The notes beneath the pieces are model-generated. The model was given only the letters and a program-made list of their open reading frames with translations. It searched no databases and was not told where the DNA came from. A stretch of DNA of 64,000 bases from Macrostomum lignano (lineage: Eukaryota), in the NCBI GenBank assembly GCA_002269645.1, contig NIVC01002949.1, positions 62,001-126,000 on the forward strand, written 5' to 3'. Positions 40,201-55,705 of this stretch are shown here, one piece after another. Position numbers and translations under genes: made by a program. Each line of letters starts with the position of its first letter. Position 1 is the stretch's first letter.

Positions 40201-43200
40201 AGAATGAAATCATTATGCACTAAGAAGAAACTGTATAATATATAGCTTTTTTGTTATTAGGTAATGCAAGCTTTTATGGGCTAAAAGTAAAATAAATGAT
40301 GTCACTAATACTATTTTTATATAGTTTAAGCTTTGCCTTAGGTTAAATGGTACAAAACAATTAATTATTTTTAGAAGACCCTAAAGACTGTTTAAAATTT
40401 ATTTTTAGCAATTATTATTATTCAATAATAGAAGTTTAAATCTTTTTCAAGTTCAAAGTTATTTTTTTAGAATTTAAAGAATTTGAACCATTTTTTACTT
40501 TGAATTAACAATAAATAAATAATAGTGCAATAGGGGCCTATGCATAAAACTTAGTATTTTATATACAAAAAGCATTTTAAAAATAATTTTAGCTGACAAA
40601 GGTGTTCTTTATATATTAAAATTATAAGCATTTTCTAAATCTAAATTGTACAAAACATTGTAATTTTTCTAGATTTTTTATGAAGCAGTTTTGTAATTAA
40701 TTATTAATTACAAATGTATATGCAGTGCCATAGACAGAAAAATGACCTTTTTCATAGAAAAATTATAGTGCAAAAAGGTGTTGCACATGCATTTTGCTAG
40801 TACATTTTTGCATATTAGCATGTAGGCCAAGTTTGGAACACTATATATATCTTAGAAAAAAAGAGGACCTAAATTTTTCTATATGCCAATATAGTACCTT
40901 ATGCAAAGCTGTAAATTTGTCAGTCTTGAAATGTTTATATTAGGCTAGTGATTTTTATATTCAATTTCAATTAGACAAAGTCTATATACTAAAAATTGGT
41001 TTGTCAATATCTAGGTAGGTAAAGGTATATGATTGATTTCAGAAAGAAACTGTTCAACCAATTTTCTTTGAACCTTAGAAACTAAAATAGTAGTTATATT
41101 TATATAATGTTTCATGTATATAAAGAACAAAAATCAAAATTTATATTTTTGTTAGAAATCCATACCTTTACCTTGTAAAAAACAAAGAAATTAGTTTTGC
41201 ATTAATTAGTTATCAAAATTTATGATTATAAATGCATAGACAACTGTTGTGACAATTATTTATAATGTAATTGGCCAATAACTAGCCAATATAATTGGTA
41301 AATGTATATACCAAATACTTAAATATACCCTAGAGATTTTTAGCATATATGCATTTTTCTTGACTATGGCATGCAAAGAAAAAAATCAACACCGTATGGA
41401 ACAAGACAAAAAATCAGTGAAATTTGGTATAGGATAAGATATTTTAATTTGACATTATTTTTGCTAATAGAAAATATATTGACTGCTTTTTTTAATTAAA
41501 ATATATCAGTATTGTAGCTTCTATAAAACATATTAAAAAAACAAAAAAAAAATAAATTTAGGCTTTAGCTTTTATTATTAAAGTTGACAATTTCTCTTAC
41601 ACTTATAGTTACACAAGTTATACTTGCAAGATTATTGTAAAAATTGGTGGTATGTTGTAGTTTTTTCTGACAAAGAATAGTTTAATACATAGTATAAGCA
41701 AACTTGTTTGATAAGAATAGCTCCAAAACACAGCACAAGCTAACTTTTTTATAGGATTTGTTCTGGTACAGGTGTTGCCATGATCCTAACTATAGAAGCA
41801 ATGTACATAGGAAATGAACAGAAAAATATATCCACAATTGTTTTTTGTTTTTTTAAATAGGAATTATATTAAAATATGTTTGCTAAGATTTGCAAAAACT
41901 TGTAGTACCTCCTTTGCAATAGCTTTGGCACTTGTGAAAATGCAAGTCTATAGTATATCATTCCTTGATAGCATTCTTTGAAAATACTAGTCCAAAAATG
42001 TACCCTTGCTATGGTGCTATTTAGATAACATTGAAGTCCCTTTAAATGATAGTCCCTTTAAAAAGTCCCTTTATATTCTTATTGTTTTATTGATAGATTT
42101 TAATCTAATTTACAAGCATAATGTTACCAATGTTTATTGTTTGAGAACTGAAGATTTGTTAGTAGAAAAAAACCTTGATGCTTAGTAAATAGTAATGCTT
42201 ATTATTGAACTAATACTTATTAACAGACTATTTTTATGGCTAATTATTTTATTAGTTTTGTTAGTTAAACCTTAGATAACAAATTTGCTTAATTGCAAGT
42301 CTATAAAAACTAAATCATAATAAATCAACTACAATTATGTGAAAATATAATCACTATTTGCTACCAAATCTATACCTTAGAAGGTTTTAGTATGGGCTTA
42401 AATATGGGCTATATTACAGTAATCTAATCTATGTCACTATTTGTACTATCTGTAGGTGTCATCTATGATGTAATTGTTGAGCCGCCATCAATTGGATCAA
42501 CTACAGATGCCAATGGCAAGAGCAAGCCTGTAAGTTAAAATCTAATGCATCAGTTATCTGCTTAAAGATTAATACTTTTTACTCTTAAATTACTTCTCAT
42601 TATTATTTATCCAGGTTGCCTTCATGGCTTACCGTATCAATGGCCAATACATCATGGAGGGCCTGGCCTCCAGCTTCATGTTTCTGCTTGGCGGCTGCGG
42701 CTTCATCATTCTGGATCAGACTAACAAGCCTAGCCTGCCTAAGCTGAACCGGATTATCCTATTGGCTATTGGCCTATTGGCCATCCTAGTTGGATTCTTT
42801 GTTAGCCGGGTGTTTATCAAGTTCAAGCTGCCGTAAGTTTATTGAGGCTTGTTGAGCTTGGCATTGGTAGGATTAAGGCTAGGATTATGACAATAAACTG
42901 AAAGAAGCTTTTACTGGCAAAGACCCATAAAGATCCCAGTTATCCTAATATGGAATCAAAATATCCTATTCGTAATCTAGCATCCCAATATTCTAATCTA
43001 GAATCCCAGTATCCTAATCTAGAATCCCAGTATCCTAATCTAGAATCCCAATATCCTAATCTAGAATCCCAGTATCCTAATCTAGAATCCCAATATCCTA
43101 ATCTAGAATAATAATGCCCTAATCTAGAATTCCAATCCTTATCTAGAATACTAATATCCTAATCTAGAATCCCAATATCCTAATCTAGAATCCACCATCC

Positions 43201-43549
43201 TAATCTAGAATCCTACGAGTAATATTCTAATCTGGAGTCTAATATCCAAATCTAGAATCCTAATACCCAAATCTGTTCTAATATCCTAATCTGGAAATTT
43301 AATATCCTATTCTAGAATCCTAATATCCTAATTTGGAATCATAATATCCTAATCTGTTATTCTAATATCCTAATCTGGAAATTTAATGTCCTAATCTAGA
43401 ATCCCATCATCCTAATCTGTTATGCTAATAAACTAATCTGGGATCTTTAATCTCCTTATCTGGAATCTCAATATACTCTAATATAAAAAAGAAAACCATT
43501 TTTACAATATTTACCTCATCAAATTTCCAGATCGTACCTGGGCAACTGA
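34263..43549 (+). CDS. OSTC: Oligosaccharyltransferase subunit OSTC/DC2, join(34263..34401,42456..42529,42615..42832,43531..43549)
   Basis: Translation [24 protein letters not shown]...[22 protein letters not shown]...[23 protein letters not shown]...KLPSYLGN* matches OSTC throughout. GT-AG introns with matching phases 1/0/2. Confidence 0.95.
34948..37716 (+). mobile_element. Possible Helitron-like non-autonomous element nested in the hAT-like element
   Basis: A|TCCTATATACTAAAAA 5' end followed by GGCTCAACCGATTTTC, and a GC-rich stretch ending CTAG near 37716. The TCTATATACTAAAAA start recurs at 40981. The 3' boundary does not show a clean AT target. Confidence 0.35.
35535..37650. repeat. 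23-bp degenerate satellite array
   Basis: Unit CAAACATTAAAGAGCCACCATGT, about 90 copies. Confidence 0.95.
37735..38165. repeat. 17-18-bp minisatellite
   Basis: Unit GGGGATGCTTGCTATCT(G/T). Confidence 0.95.
42935..43480. repeat. ~22-bp degenerate minisatellite in OSTC intron 3
   Basis: Unit CCCAATATCCTAATCTAGAATC. Confidence 0.88.
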
Positions 43550-44149
43550 TTCATGCTTGGCTGCACCAGCATCATTATTTGCATCCTATGGATCAAAATT
43601 TCCGACAATTGCTCTGCTTTAAGACTTCAAACTAACTAGTTGGTTATCTTTATATTTAACTTCAATAGTTTCCATTGCTATTGCAGATTTGCAAACTTTA
43701 ATTTAATCTGCATATTACTTGTCAGTGGCGGACTAGCAGCGGTTTCGGGTCATTGTTATCACAAAAGTAGCAGATCACATTGCAGTCACAATAGAGTTTT
43801 TCTTCTGTTTGTTGAGTTTTTTTAATCATTTTGCAATTCGGTGTATTTCCTGTGTCAACATTTTCCTCTCTCCTGCTCTGAATGATTGTACTATTCTCAA
43901 GCCCTTTTTGATTTATTATTCGCGTTATCAGTTAAAAATGCTATTTGGGTATTTGTATTTCTCTAGCCTTTTTGTCAAATTAGCCCATTAGTTTTGCGTA
44001 CATAGAATTGTTGCTGTGTCTCAGACGTTAAAAATAACAATAAATGAAGCCACGATTTTGTGTGTCCCTGGACTGCCACTACTTAACAGTCTGGGCATGA
44101 AGTAATTTAAATAATTTCAATGCTTCTCAAGTTACTTACTACAGGAATT

Positions 44150-44900
44150 CAGTTGCTCGAAATAAGAACTCAAATTAGAGAAAGTTGTTGCAAGCCTCTT
44201 GACCTCTTGACGCACGAACTTGCGAAGGCCGTCCAATAAGAAGCTTATCATGCGTATCATGCGAAGTCATGCGTTCAGCTTGTGTTTCACCTCAGTCAGG
44301 TAGGTAAAATAGTGACCGAAGGGATCCAGACGATCGGTTGAGGCCGGGCATTGTCACTGTGGAGAAGCTGCCCCGATCATGCATGAGCCCGAGCTTTCCA
44401 GGCCGTTTCTCAGCTATAGTTTTTGTGGCGAATTGGCCCACCTGAGTAGGTCAGCGTAATAGACGGCGTTTGATCGATCTGTCTGATACGCGGAAGTCAA
44501 TGTGGATCACCCAGGGAACAGTATGGGCCTTGACTGGGTAGCCTGGGTAGTCTCCGGGAGAGCTGACAACCTACTGGGCTAGCTGACAACCTACCGAGCT
44601 AGCGGGATTGTTCATTTTTGGTTCTGGTTGGCGACCATACTGCAACCATCGGGTAAAATCTTTTATTACATGTAAGACAATTACTAAGCATGGGGGCAAT
44701 GCAGACAAGATCTGCCGCGTGGCTAATGCGCTACAGGAAAAAGCATTGCGGGCAAATCTCGGCTGGAAAAGCTGGGCGGACAAATCTCGACGGGCAATTC
44801 TCATGGACCCCTTCCTGGCTTGGTCCCTTCCTGTCAGAGAAAGAACGTGCACATGATGGCTTCGTTGGGTATTGTTAGCAGTTTGCATTTCATATAAAAA
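44150..44900 (-). pseudogene. Decayed Tc1/mariner transposase remnant
   Basis: Frameshifted minus-strand fragments NAVYYADLLR, IAEKRPGKL, LLHSDNARPQ and FLLDGLRKFVR...YFE match, in order, mariner motifs (TVN..YY..LL, KRP.K, LLHDNARPH, GI.KL..RW....YFE). Confidence 0.55.
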
Positions 44901-45574
44901 TGAAGCTTACAGAATAGATAGAACGTAATTAGCCAGATGGATTCAAAAAATGAATCTATACTCGGCAACATTGAAAAGTCGCCACTCTATGCGCCCGTGA
45001 GCAATTTCTCTTGGACTATTCTGAACTAAAAGATGCCAGAAAACTGATCGGGGTAGCTTTTATCAGTTCAACCCTGGCACACCGCTCTCCGCCCAACTTC
45101 ATTCTTCAACCCAAGTAGCTAAGTTGCGTCACTCGCAAAGATTGAGAGACTTTACCTGCACTCTCAATAGTGGCGACCACAGACGAAATCTTTTGTGATG
45201 GCGACTTTTCGATGTTGCTGAGTGTACTCGTTAATAATTGTGTTCGAAATTTCTATGCAAAGGGCCGGGAAAAAGTACTCGTAATATGGCTAAAGGTCTC
45301 GGAAACACCCTCCTACATTGTACATGTAGTCTACAGAAGGGATCTTTTGGGCACCGCCAAAAATCGAGCTGCGATCGACAGTCGCATTATCCCAAATGAA
45401 ATTACTGTCTACATATGTTTATATATGCTAGCTTGCTGATAAGAGTAATGAATGATGCAACTGCAGTGCACTTTGTTTGGCCGAGGGCGTCTGCGTACAT
45501 GGAGCGTATCGTGCGTGTGCGACGTGCGTGCATGATCGGGTATCATGCAGCGGAATTGGGCATAAAAACTGCTT

Positions 45575-45758
45575 TGCAACCTCGGTGGCGGCGCGCACCC
45601 ATGGCCGATGAATTACACGATGCAACCTCGGTGGCGGCGCGCACCCATGGCCGATGAATTACACGATGCAACCTCGGTGGCGGCGCGCACCCATGGCCGA
45701 TGAATTACACGATGCAACCTCGGTGGCGGCGCGCACCCATGGCCGATGAATTACACGA
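45575..45758. repeat. 46-bp GC-rich tandem repeat, 4 copies
   Basis: Unit TGCAACCTCGGTGGCGGCGCGCACCCATGGCCGATGAATTACACGA. Confidence 0.93.
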
Positions 45759-46257
45759 CAATATTAAGCCCCAGCAGGACAATTTTCGTGTAAGAGGCAA
45801 ATATTAATGTTGCCGCGAACGGAATCGAATCCATCAACTTAATTCGGTACGTGTGAGAGTCGTTCAGTAAATCGTTGTTCAATACAAAGCGTGTGTACGA
45901 ATTCCGCCTCCAGGGGCTTAGAGAATATTTTCTAATGGGAGGTTTCGATGCGCAACTAAAACCGCTTATTGTGTACTCTCATATTTTGCATCTATACATG
46001 TAGAAAGTAGCTAAGATTTAGTCGTACATCGCTCTGTTTGTAAATCAATCGTCCGTATAGTTCATCGGATAGTAAAAAAGCTGCAATACGCTCGACGCTC
46101 GTACACTGATAGGAGCTAATTAATTACATGTACCATGCACAATCATCTTTGATAATTTTTGGGGACCAACTATAGATACGACTACTGGGGAAAGTTAAAG
46201 TAGTGATTTATAAAAAAGCTAAGAGATTGATTCTCTAGATTTTTTGCTGATGTGATA

Positions 46258-46560
46258 CAAGGACTACTCAAGTAGTAACATATATATAGGACGCAACACT
46301 CGAAATCTATGGTAAATGTTTTGAAGGCAACTTTTCGCCGAAAAATACACTACAGAGATAGGAGGTTTTAATTTTTTCAGCACAAAAATTGTTATTGCTT
46401 TTGATAGGAGGCAGATCCAGTGTTCATCTTTTGATATGTTGTGCCTTTCTTATTGCTCTATCGATATTCATAAAGCTTTTCGTTCAGAAATAGTTTTAAA
46501 GGCAGGTTTCACCGGAAAAATACACTACGGAGATTGGAAATTTCACGATTTTCAACACTA
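46258..46560 (+). mobile_element. Partial copy of the P-like foldback family
   Basis: Starts CAAGGACTAC. 46318-46490 matches the left arm of the 33237-33929 element, with an internal duplication of the AAAAATACACTACGGAGAT motif. No matching right end or TSD was found. Confidence 0.65.
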
Positions 46561-47804
46561 AAACAGTGATTGGGTCTCTTAACAGTGTCAGAGAAAGTCC
46601 TAATCACACTATTTTGTGTCTCACATGCTGCTCTAACAACGCATTGATTGATTTTTCATGTTAAATTGGTCTTGTCATTATTTTAGACGTTTTTTTTCAA
46701 GTAAATCGATTATTTCGCATAAATCACAACTTTGCAATCACGATTAGTTTACCTTTCTCAGCATTCCGTTTTCCCTGGATATTTTACCGCTGACATCGAC
46801 GCGCATGTAAATTGCGACTCATTAGGAATTAGGGTACATTGAAGACCGAAATCACCTAATACGCCTTGCCATCCGTTATTATGCCGTCTTCACTGTTAAC
46901 AATAAAAATATAACTTAAATAATATTTAAAGCATATCGAAATAAAATTCGCTGTACGTGTTTTACAAAGGTAATTTAGTTAAGCATGCCTACAAAGGTTG
47001 GTTCAAACTTTGTTATAATTTTCATCGATAAGATGTAAAGGACTTTTTTCAACTTTCTCGATACATCCTTGCATTAAGTCTACAAGTACGTAGAAGCAGC
47101 AATGCTCCCTTGCCTAAAAAGATATTTGACAGAAAACGAGAAGGAAGCACTCAATTTTTTTCTAATTGCAAAGAACGGTTTGCTGCGCAAATGTCAATGT
47201 GACAGTCAATACAGTGGAGGCAGATAGTAACATAATTTCATTGTAGAATTTGTTCATACGACCTAAAGTTTTTTGCAACGGTATAAAAAAGCATCATAGG
47301 ATAACAATACTAAAAAAATTCAAACAACAAGACATCTCACTGTTTCCCCAGGAATTGGAGTCTGGTAAGTTGCATTTAAAAATGCATGTACATTGTAGCA
47401 TTTACATGTATAGCATGCAGATTATATGTAACTAACTTTTGAATGGCCGAAACAGAAATGTATTCATTCCTGGGTGAAAAAACAGTTTAAATAAAATGTC
47501 AGTTGTTGAATATTGAGGTGCTACTTATAGAGTTTGTGAGTTTTGAGAAATATTTTCATGGAAATTTTTTCTTAAAATTGCTGCTTAAGTAAGATATGTT
47601 CATAGTATATATTATTGTATGGTTTCCATTTTAAACTATAGAATTTAGCAATTATTATTTTACTGTTTAGTTTTTATAAAAAAATTAAATGAAGAATAAT
47701 GCACACAAAGAATAATATACTGGCATTTTATTAGTTTATTTTAGCGGTATAATTCTATATAATTTTAGACAAATTATCCGGCTTGCATCAGCCCCCATCG
47801 GCCC

Positions 47805-49799
<1,995 letters not shown>

Positions 49800-49934
49800 C
49801 GACCTGGTGCATCGGTCATAATTCAAGCTGTATTTCTGCAAGGACTACTAAATAACAAGGACGCTGAACTCCAAAACTTTGTTTTTATAGTGGAGTCGTT
49901 TTTTGTTTCTTAAATGCAATAGCAGGAAAGCGCT

Positions 49935-50370
49935 GTTGTTGGGGACGGGTGTTTGTGGGGTGTGCGTTGTTGGGGGACGGGTGTTTGTGGGGTGTGCGTT
50001 GTTGGGGGACGGGTGTTTGTGGGGTGTGCGTTGTTGGGGGACGGGTGTTTGTGGGGTGTGCGTTGTTGGGGGACGGGTGTTTGTGGGGTGTGCGTTGTTG
50101 GGGGATGGGTGTTTGTGGGGTATGCGTTGTTGGGGGATGGGTGTTTGTGGGGTATGCGTTGTTGGGGGATGGGTGTTTGTGGGGTGTGAATTTTTGGGGG
50201 ATAGGTGTTTGTGGGGTGTGCGTTGATGGGGGATGAGTGTTTGTGGGGTGTGCGTTGATGGGGAATGGGTGTTTGTGGGGTGTGCGTTAAGTTGGGAAAC
50301 GGGTGATTGTGGGGGTTGGTGTTTGTGGGAGTGGGTGTTCTTGGGGTGAAGTTTTTGGGGGTGGGTGTCC
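49935..50370. repeat. 32-bp GT-rich minisatellite downstream of neurocalcin
   Basis: Unit GGGGGACGGGTGTTTGTGGGGTGTGCGTTGTT. Confidence 0.95.
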
Positions 50371-50887
50371 TTCTGCGTGTCGGTCTGTTTTAAAATTTAA
50401 ATTTAAAATGGTCCAAATTCCATGAACTGCGGTAGTCCACGACAGGCATGCTTAAAATAAAATTACAAGAGTTTTGTGAACATTTATGACAGTCCTTCAT
50501 AAACTTTTTCACGATTTTAGAACCTCGCACTCATCGATTTTGTAATGATATTTTCATAGTTTCGAAAAGCTTTGCAATTAGAAATTAACATTTAACATTT
50601 TAAAGTTTCAATTCTGTCATAATCATTGATGCCGTCAAATGGAATGCTGTCTCGTTTAATTTACATTTAATACTGAGTTCTGTGTCCCATATTCTTGCTT
50701 GTGTTGTGTATAAAATTATCTGTTCTAACTTTCATCTGTGCATTTTCATTTTTCACTATTGTGCATATGGTAAACGTGCTCCTTGTTTGTAATCAATTGT
50801 TTTACTGATTTGTGCACTTTCAGAATGTTCTTGTCTATTAGGAACCAATATTATTTCTGATAAATTCTAAATGTGCAAATCAGAGTC

Positions 50888-51035
50888 CATCTCCAGATTC
50901 TGTGATTAGAGCTCCATATTTTCTGCGCCCAGGTAACCTCTCCAGATTCTATGATTAGAGCTCCATAATTGTTTATGCGCCAGTTGGCCTCTCCAGATTC
51001 TGTGATTAGAGCTCCATAATGATTTATGCGCAGTT
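50888..51035. repeat. Short ~50-bp tandem repeat, 3 copies
   Basis: CTCCAGATTCTGTGATTAGAGCTCCAT core repeated. Confidence 0.8.
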
Positions 51036-51806
51036 TACTTCTTCAGAATCATCATGGCTTCTTAGGGCATCGCCACTTCTTCTCTCCAGAATCGATGACT
51101 TGAGCTCCATGATTTCAGAGATTAGACTAGCTCTCCTCTCCAGATATACTGTCATTATCAGTTGTCGGAGCATAAATCCTGAGAATAGTAAATTCATTTT
51201 TAAATTCAATCTTTAGAAGTACAGGCAACTCTTTAAAGAAGAACTCTTAAAAAATTGATTGTTGTAAATCATTAATTGACTTATATTGTATTTTAAAAAT
51301 ATATTTCCCTATATTATCATTTATAAATTCTACTAAAATAGCTTCACTTAGTACTAACTCTTAGTTTTGTCAATTTTTACATTAGTTAAAATTTATATGA
51401 TCGAAAAGTGCATAGCAGTACGGTATTTCTATTGCAGAGCTTGGCCACAGGTAGGCATTGACAAGCATTTCGCTACCCATTAACACGCACGCGGGATGCG
51501 TGCTATTGTACATAGAAAAAAACATTAGTTTAACGAGTTTTTAGATGACCCAAATATTAATTATTAGATGATTAATTTTTTATTTATACGGTTTATAATT
51601 GTAAATTATAAACAACAACTACTTATAGCATGAAAATGAGGGGGAAATGTCTAAAGCCATAGTTTCTCTCGAAGAATTAGTATTTTTGATAGATACGCCC
51701 TACTCAAACACAGTGTTAATAAAATTGTTGTTGCCGTCAATGCAAACACGCATATTCTTGGTCGGACGTACAGGCCTCGATATGAACTGGCCGAGGAACC
51801 GGCTCG

Positions 51807-52104
51807 TCAATTGATTGTGGGGTGGCATTGCAACTGGTGATCCGTCATCACTTGCGTGCAGACAGTAGAACTGATAGAGCCGCTCGCATTAGCAGAGAAA
51901 GACGCCTCATTGGACGGCATTGTGCTTGTGCTTGGAATTTGCCGGCTTAGTGCACAGTTCACTGCCTTGGAACTCCTGAACAGACTGTGGTCCCGGCACC
52001 TGGTTAAATACCTTTTGACCGTCTTCTCACATTTCTGACCGGTAATAAGCATTATGTCTTGCAGCGAATGGCCAGCGGCGTCTAGATCGCACACTCTAGT
52101 GACT
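51807..52104 (-). mobile_element. C-terminal exon-like fragment of a Crypton-type tyrosine recombinase
   Basis: After a pyrimidine tract and CAG acceptor the frame reads VTRVCDLDAAGHSLQDIMLITGQKCEKTVKRY. This resembles the YR box II (R.T....L..AG....IM..TGH.S...L..Y), followed by a Ser/Thr-rich tail. Confidence 0.5.
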
Positions 52105-53007
52105 CTGTGGGAGAATCAAAGGAAAGTAATTTTACATGAACTAGTTAAAACTATTATTTATAAATATACTATTTATATACTATTTATATACCATATCGGA
52201 AAACGAAATTTACTTACCTAATACAGTGATTAGTGTAGACCTTGCTTAGACCGGCCCTCGCACTAAGTTTCTTCATAAATTCTTGAAGGAATCGATATCC
52301 TCGAGCGGTCTTCTCGGAGAAACGGTACGGTTTTAAAGATTGGCCTTGGAGAGGCTTCGGAAAAAAACGATAGCGAAGCGCAGGGCCTAAACGGGTATAT
52401 TTATTCAAATATACTGGAGGGGGTGTAAGATAAGACAGGGGGTGGGGTGGAGTCCGCAACCGAGGAAAGAGGCGAGAACTGAGAGCCAATCAGAAGGCAG
52501 CGAGGGAGAGAGATAAATGACATAACAAAATTGAACTAGACAGATTCTACTGAGACTGCGTTGTCTTTCTCGATCATAAACAACTAGCCTATTTGGAAAC
52601 ACTAGTCAATGCACTTTTCTGCAGTCGGGATGCATGATATTGGAATACCACGACTCGCGCCTACCGGCGCTCGCGTGTTATACCGATATCATGCATCCCG
52701 ACTGCAGAAGAATATACCAGTGATGACGCAAAGTGCTCGATCTGTGCTGGCTAGAGCTTCTGAGTCTATACTATTGACTCTGTTTGAGCTGAGCACGGAT
52801 AAACTGAGATTTGCTGGCTGCACACATTAGCTAAAGCCCTCCCATCCATGCCTGCTTAAAGCAAACAGTTAGAGCTACAGGCACTGATAAGACTTGGCAG
52901 TAAGCCTTTTAAGCCTTCAGCCTTGGCCCGTTCAGTCAAATTCGCGTACAACATCATGCTCGGTGGAGTTGTCACGCGGCCTCTCATTGGCCTGATTTTA
53001 GTCTCTC

Positions 53008-53400
53008 TAGAGTCTCTCTTCATGAGAACACCATCCCTGAGAGTCTCTCTTCATGAGAACACCATCCCTGAGAGTCTCTCTTCATGAGAACACCATCCCT
53101 GAGAGTCTCTCTTCATGAGAACACCATCCCTGAGAGTCTCTCTTCATGAGAACACCACCCCTGAGAGTCTCTCTTCATGAGAACACCACCCCTGAGAGTC
53201 TCTCCTCATGAGAACACCACCCCTGAGAGTCTCTCCTCATGAGAACACCACCCCTGAGAGTCTCTCCTCATGAGAACACCACCCCTGAGAGTCTCTCCTC
53301 ATGAGAACACCATCCTTGAGAATCTCTCTTCATGAGAACACCATCCCTGAGAGTCTCTCTTCATGATAACACCACCCCTGAGAGTCTCTCTTCATGAGAA
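53008..53400. repeat. 31-bp minisatellite
   Basis: Unit GAGAGTCTCTCTTCATGAGAACACCATCCCT. Confidence 0.95.
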
Positions 53401-54127
53401 TTATTGACGAAAAGTCTCAACCTGAGAATTTCGTACTTTCATCGTCCTGGGAGAATATTTATATTGATAATCTCATCCTGAGAATATGTGCGGCAGCAGT
53501 TGTTATATTTTAAGATTGCGCCCTCAGCATTAACCAGGTTCAGTCGCATAACTGCTGAGGTTCCAGCGGTTTGAATGGAAAAGATCCGATCAAAGAAAAG
53601 GCTGACAGATTTCCATACAGAAGCAACCGATTGACAGGCCAGATGTCTGAAAACTGCGCTGGCCTACATACGGGATACGAGATTAGCATAGCTGAGTAAG
53701 GTAAGACTGTCCTATTAACTGCACAATACTGACTCATTTATCCTGTTTGCCGGGTGCGCCTGCGGACGCATAAATAATCAGTCTTAATCGAGCCTCTACA
53801 TGCGTTTGCACTGGAAAGATTTAGGGCCAGTGAGAGAAATATGCCTGTAGTCAGCAGCATGAGCCTGCGGGCCTGAACTCAACCCAGATTCCCATACCGG
53901 TTAATTTCATAATGAAATGGAGGGAACGATCGCGTATGGAAATTTCATTAGCTTAGGTAGCTGCTGGTCATAATCAGTAGGGTTGGAGTCCTATGAGACT
54001 ATAAAACTGTCGCTGACTCAAACACCGCCATATATCAGTTTTCTAAACGGATTTTGCAAAGATCTGTGCTTTTGTTTAACCTAAAAATTTTTGGTATGAT
54101 AAGAATTGAGATGCGTCTTAGGATATC

Positions 54128-54830
54128 CTCAACCTCAGCCTTGAGGCACCCTCCACCTCAGCCTTGGGGCACCCTCCACCTCAGCCTTGGGGCACCCTCC
54201 ACCTCAGCCTTGAGGCACCCTCCACCTCAGCCTTGAGACACCCTCCACCTCAGCCTTGAGGCACCCTCCACCTCAGTCTGGAGACACCCTCCACCTCAGT
54301 CTGGAGACACTCTCCACCTCAGCCTTGAGACACCCTCCACCTCAGTCTGGAGACACCCTCCACCTCAGCCTTGAGACACCCTCCACCTCAGTCTGGAGAC
54401 ACCCTCCACCTCAGCCTTGAGACACCCTCCACCTCAGTCTGGAGACACCCTCCACCTCAGCCTTGAGACACCCTCCACCTCAGTCTGAAGACACCCTCCA
54501 CCTCAGCCTTGGGGCACCCTCCACCTCAGCCTTGAGGCACCCTCCACCTCAGCCTTGCGACACCCTCCACCTCAGCCTTGGGGCACCCTCCACCTCAGCC
54601 TTGAGACACCCTCCACCTCAGCCTTGAGGCACCCTCCACCTCAGCCTTGAGGCACCCTCCACCTCAGCCTTGAGGCACCCTCCACCTCAGCCTTGGGGCA
54701 CCCTCCACCTCAGCCTTGAGGCACCCTCCACCTCAGCCTTGAGACACCCTCCACCTCAGCCTTGAGACACCCTCCACCTCAGACTTGAGACACCCTCCAC
54801 CTCAGTATGGAGACACCCTCCACCTCAGCA
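54128..54830. repeat. 23-bp minisatellite, array 1
   Basis: Unit GAGACACCCTCCACCTCAGCCTT. Confidence 0.95.
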
Positions 54831-55384
54831 CATAACTACGACTTTAGTTGCTTGTTTGTCACAGCGTGCCAAAAATGGAAAAGCTTTAATGGCGACAAGG
54901 GATATTCAGTCAGCCGCTTGCAAAGCTTGCGAGTGCTTTAGCTGTCCATGCCGGGACAAGCTCTCATTCAATACACGTTTATGCAACACCAATAAATGGA
55001 GCTGTCACGTGACTTTTGAAAGTACACAGGTGCTTGAGCTGGCTGATAGAGCAGTTTACTTGGCAGTGCGGAGGTTCTAGATGGATCAGTCTTGTGTCAT
55101 ATGCGGGTACCAGCACTTTGATGGGGTATTTATCAGTCTCTGGAAATTTCTAGAAAAGCCTGTTTGCCTGTTTACAATTGAAAACAATTTTTGAGTACTA
55201 ATAGTAAAAAGAGTATTTTAAGTACTGAAATCAATAAGTAAAATAAATATTATCTAGATATTATAGAAAAAATGAGGCAGGGCAACTTAGTGGTAAACGC
55301 GTCTGACTTGTGCCACACCAAGGCACACAGAGTGTACATGCCTGACCAATTGGAAAGTCAGGGCCGCGGTACACCCTGTGTGAG

Positions 55385-55705
55385 CGTGTGTTTATAGCCT
55401 AGTGGTTAGAGCGTCGGACTTACGACTTGATGGTCAGGGGTTCGATTCCCGATCCCACTGGAACAATTTGTGTCCTTGAGCAAGACACTTAACTCTGCAT
55501 TGCTTCAGTTCACCCAGCTGTAAAATGGGTGCCAGCATTAGCTGGGGTAATTGAGGGTGTGTGGCGACCCCCCAGTCCTTGGACTGAACAGCCGTACGCA
55601 GCCTTCAGATGCGCCGCGCAATAGCTGCGGCTGAGCTGTCGGTTGCACATGTGTCCATTAGGGCAGGTGTAATCAATTATTATTATTGATTAATAATTAA
55701 TTAAG
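55385..55705 (+). mobile_element. Near full-length tRNA-derived CORE-type SINE
   Basis: Pol III A box TAGCCTAGTGG (55395-55405) and B box GGTTCGATTCC (55439-55449). MIR-CORE-like TGTGTCCTTGAGCAAGACACTTAAC...CTGTAAAATGGG and an ATT-rich tail. A second copy lies at 7517-7748. Confidence 0.8.

Noticed and set aside
39000-42400. Very AT-rich stretch suggestive of organellar or foreign DNA
   Set aside because: No ORFs or RNA genes, and it lies within the phase-consistent OSTC intron 1.
55395-55460. tRNA gene
   Set aside because: Has A and B boxes but no complete cloverleaf, and continues into a CORE-like domain present in a second copy, so it is a SINE head.
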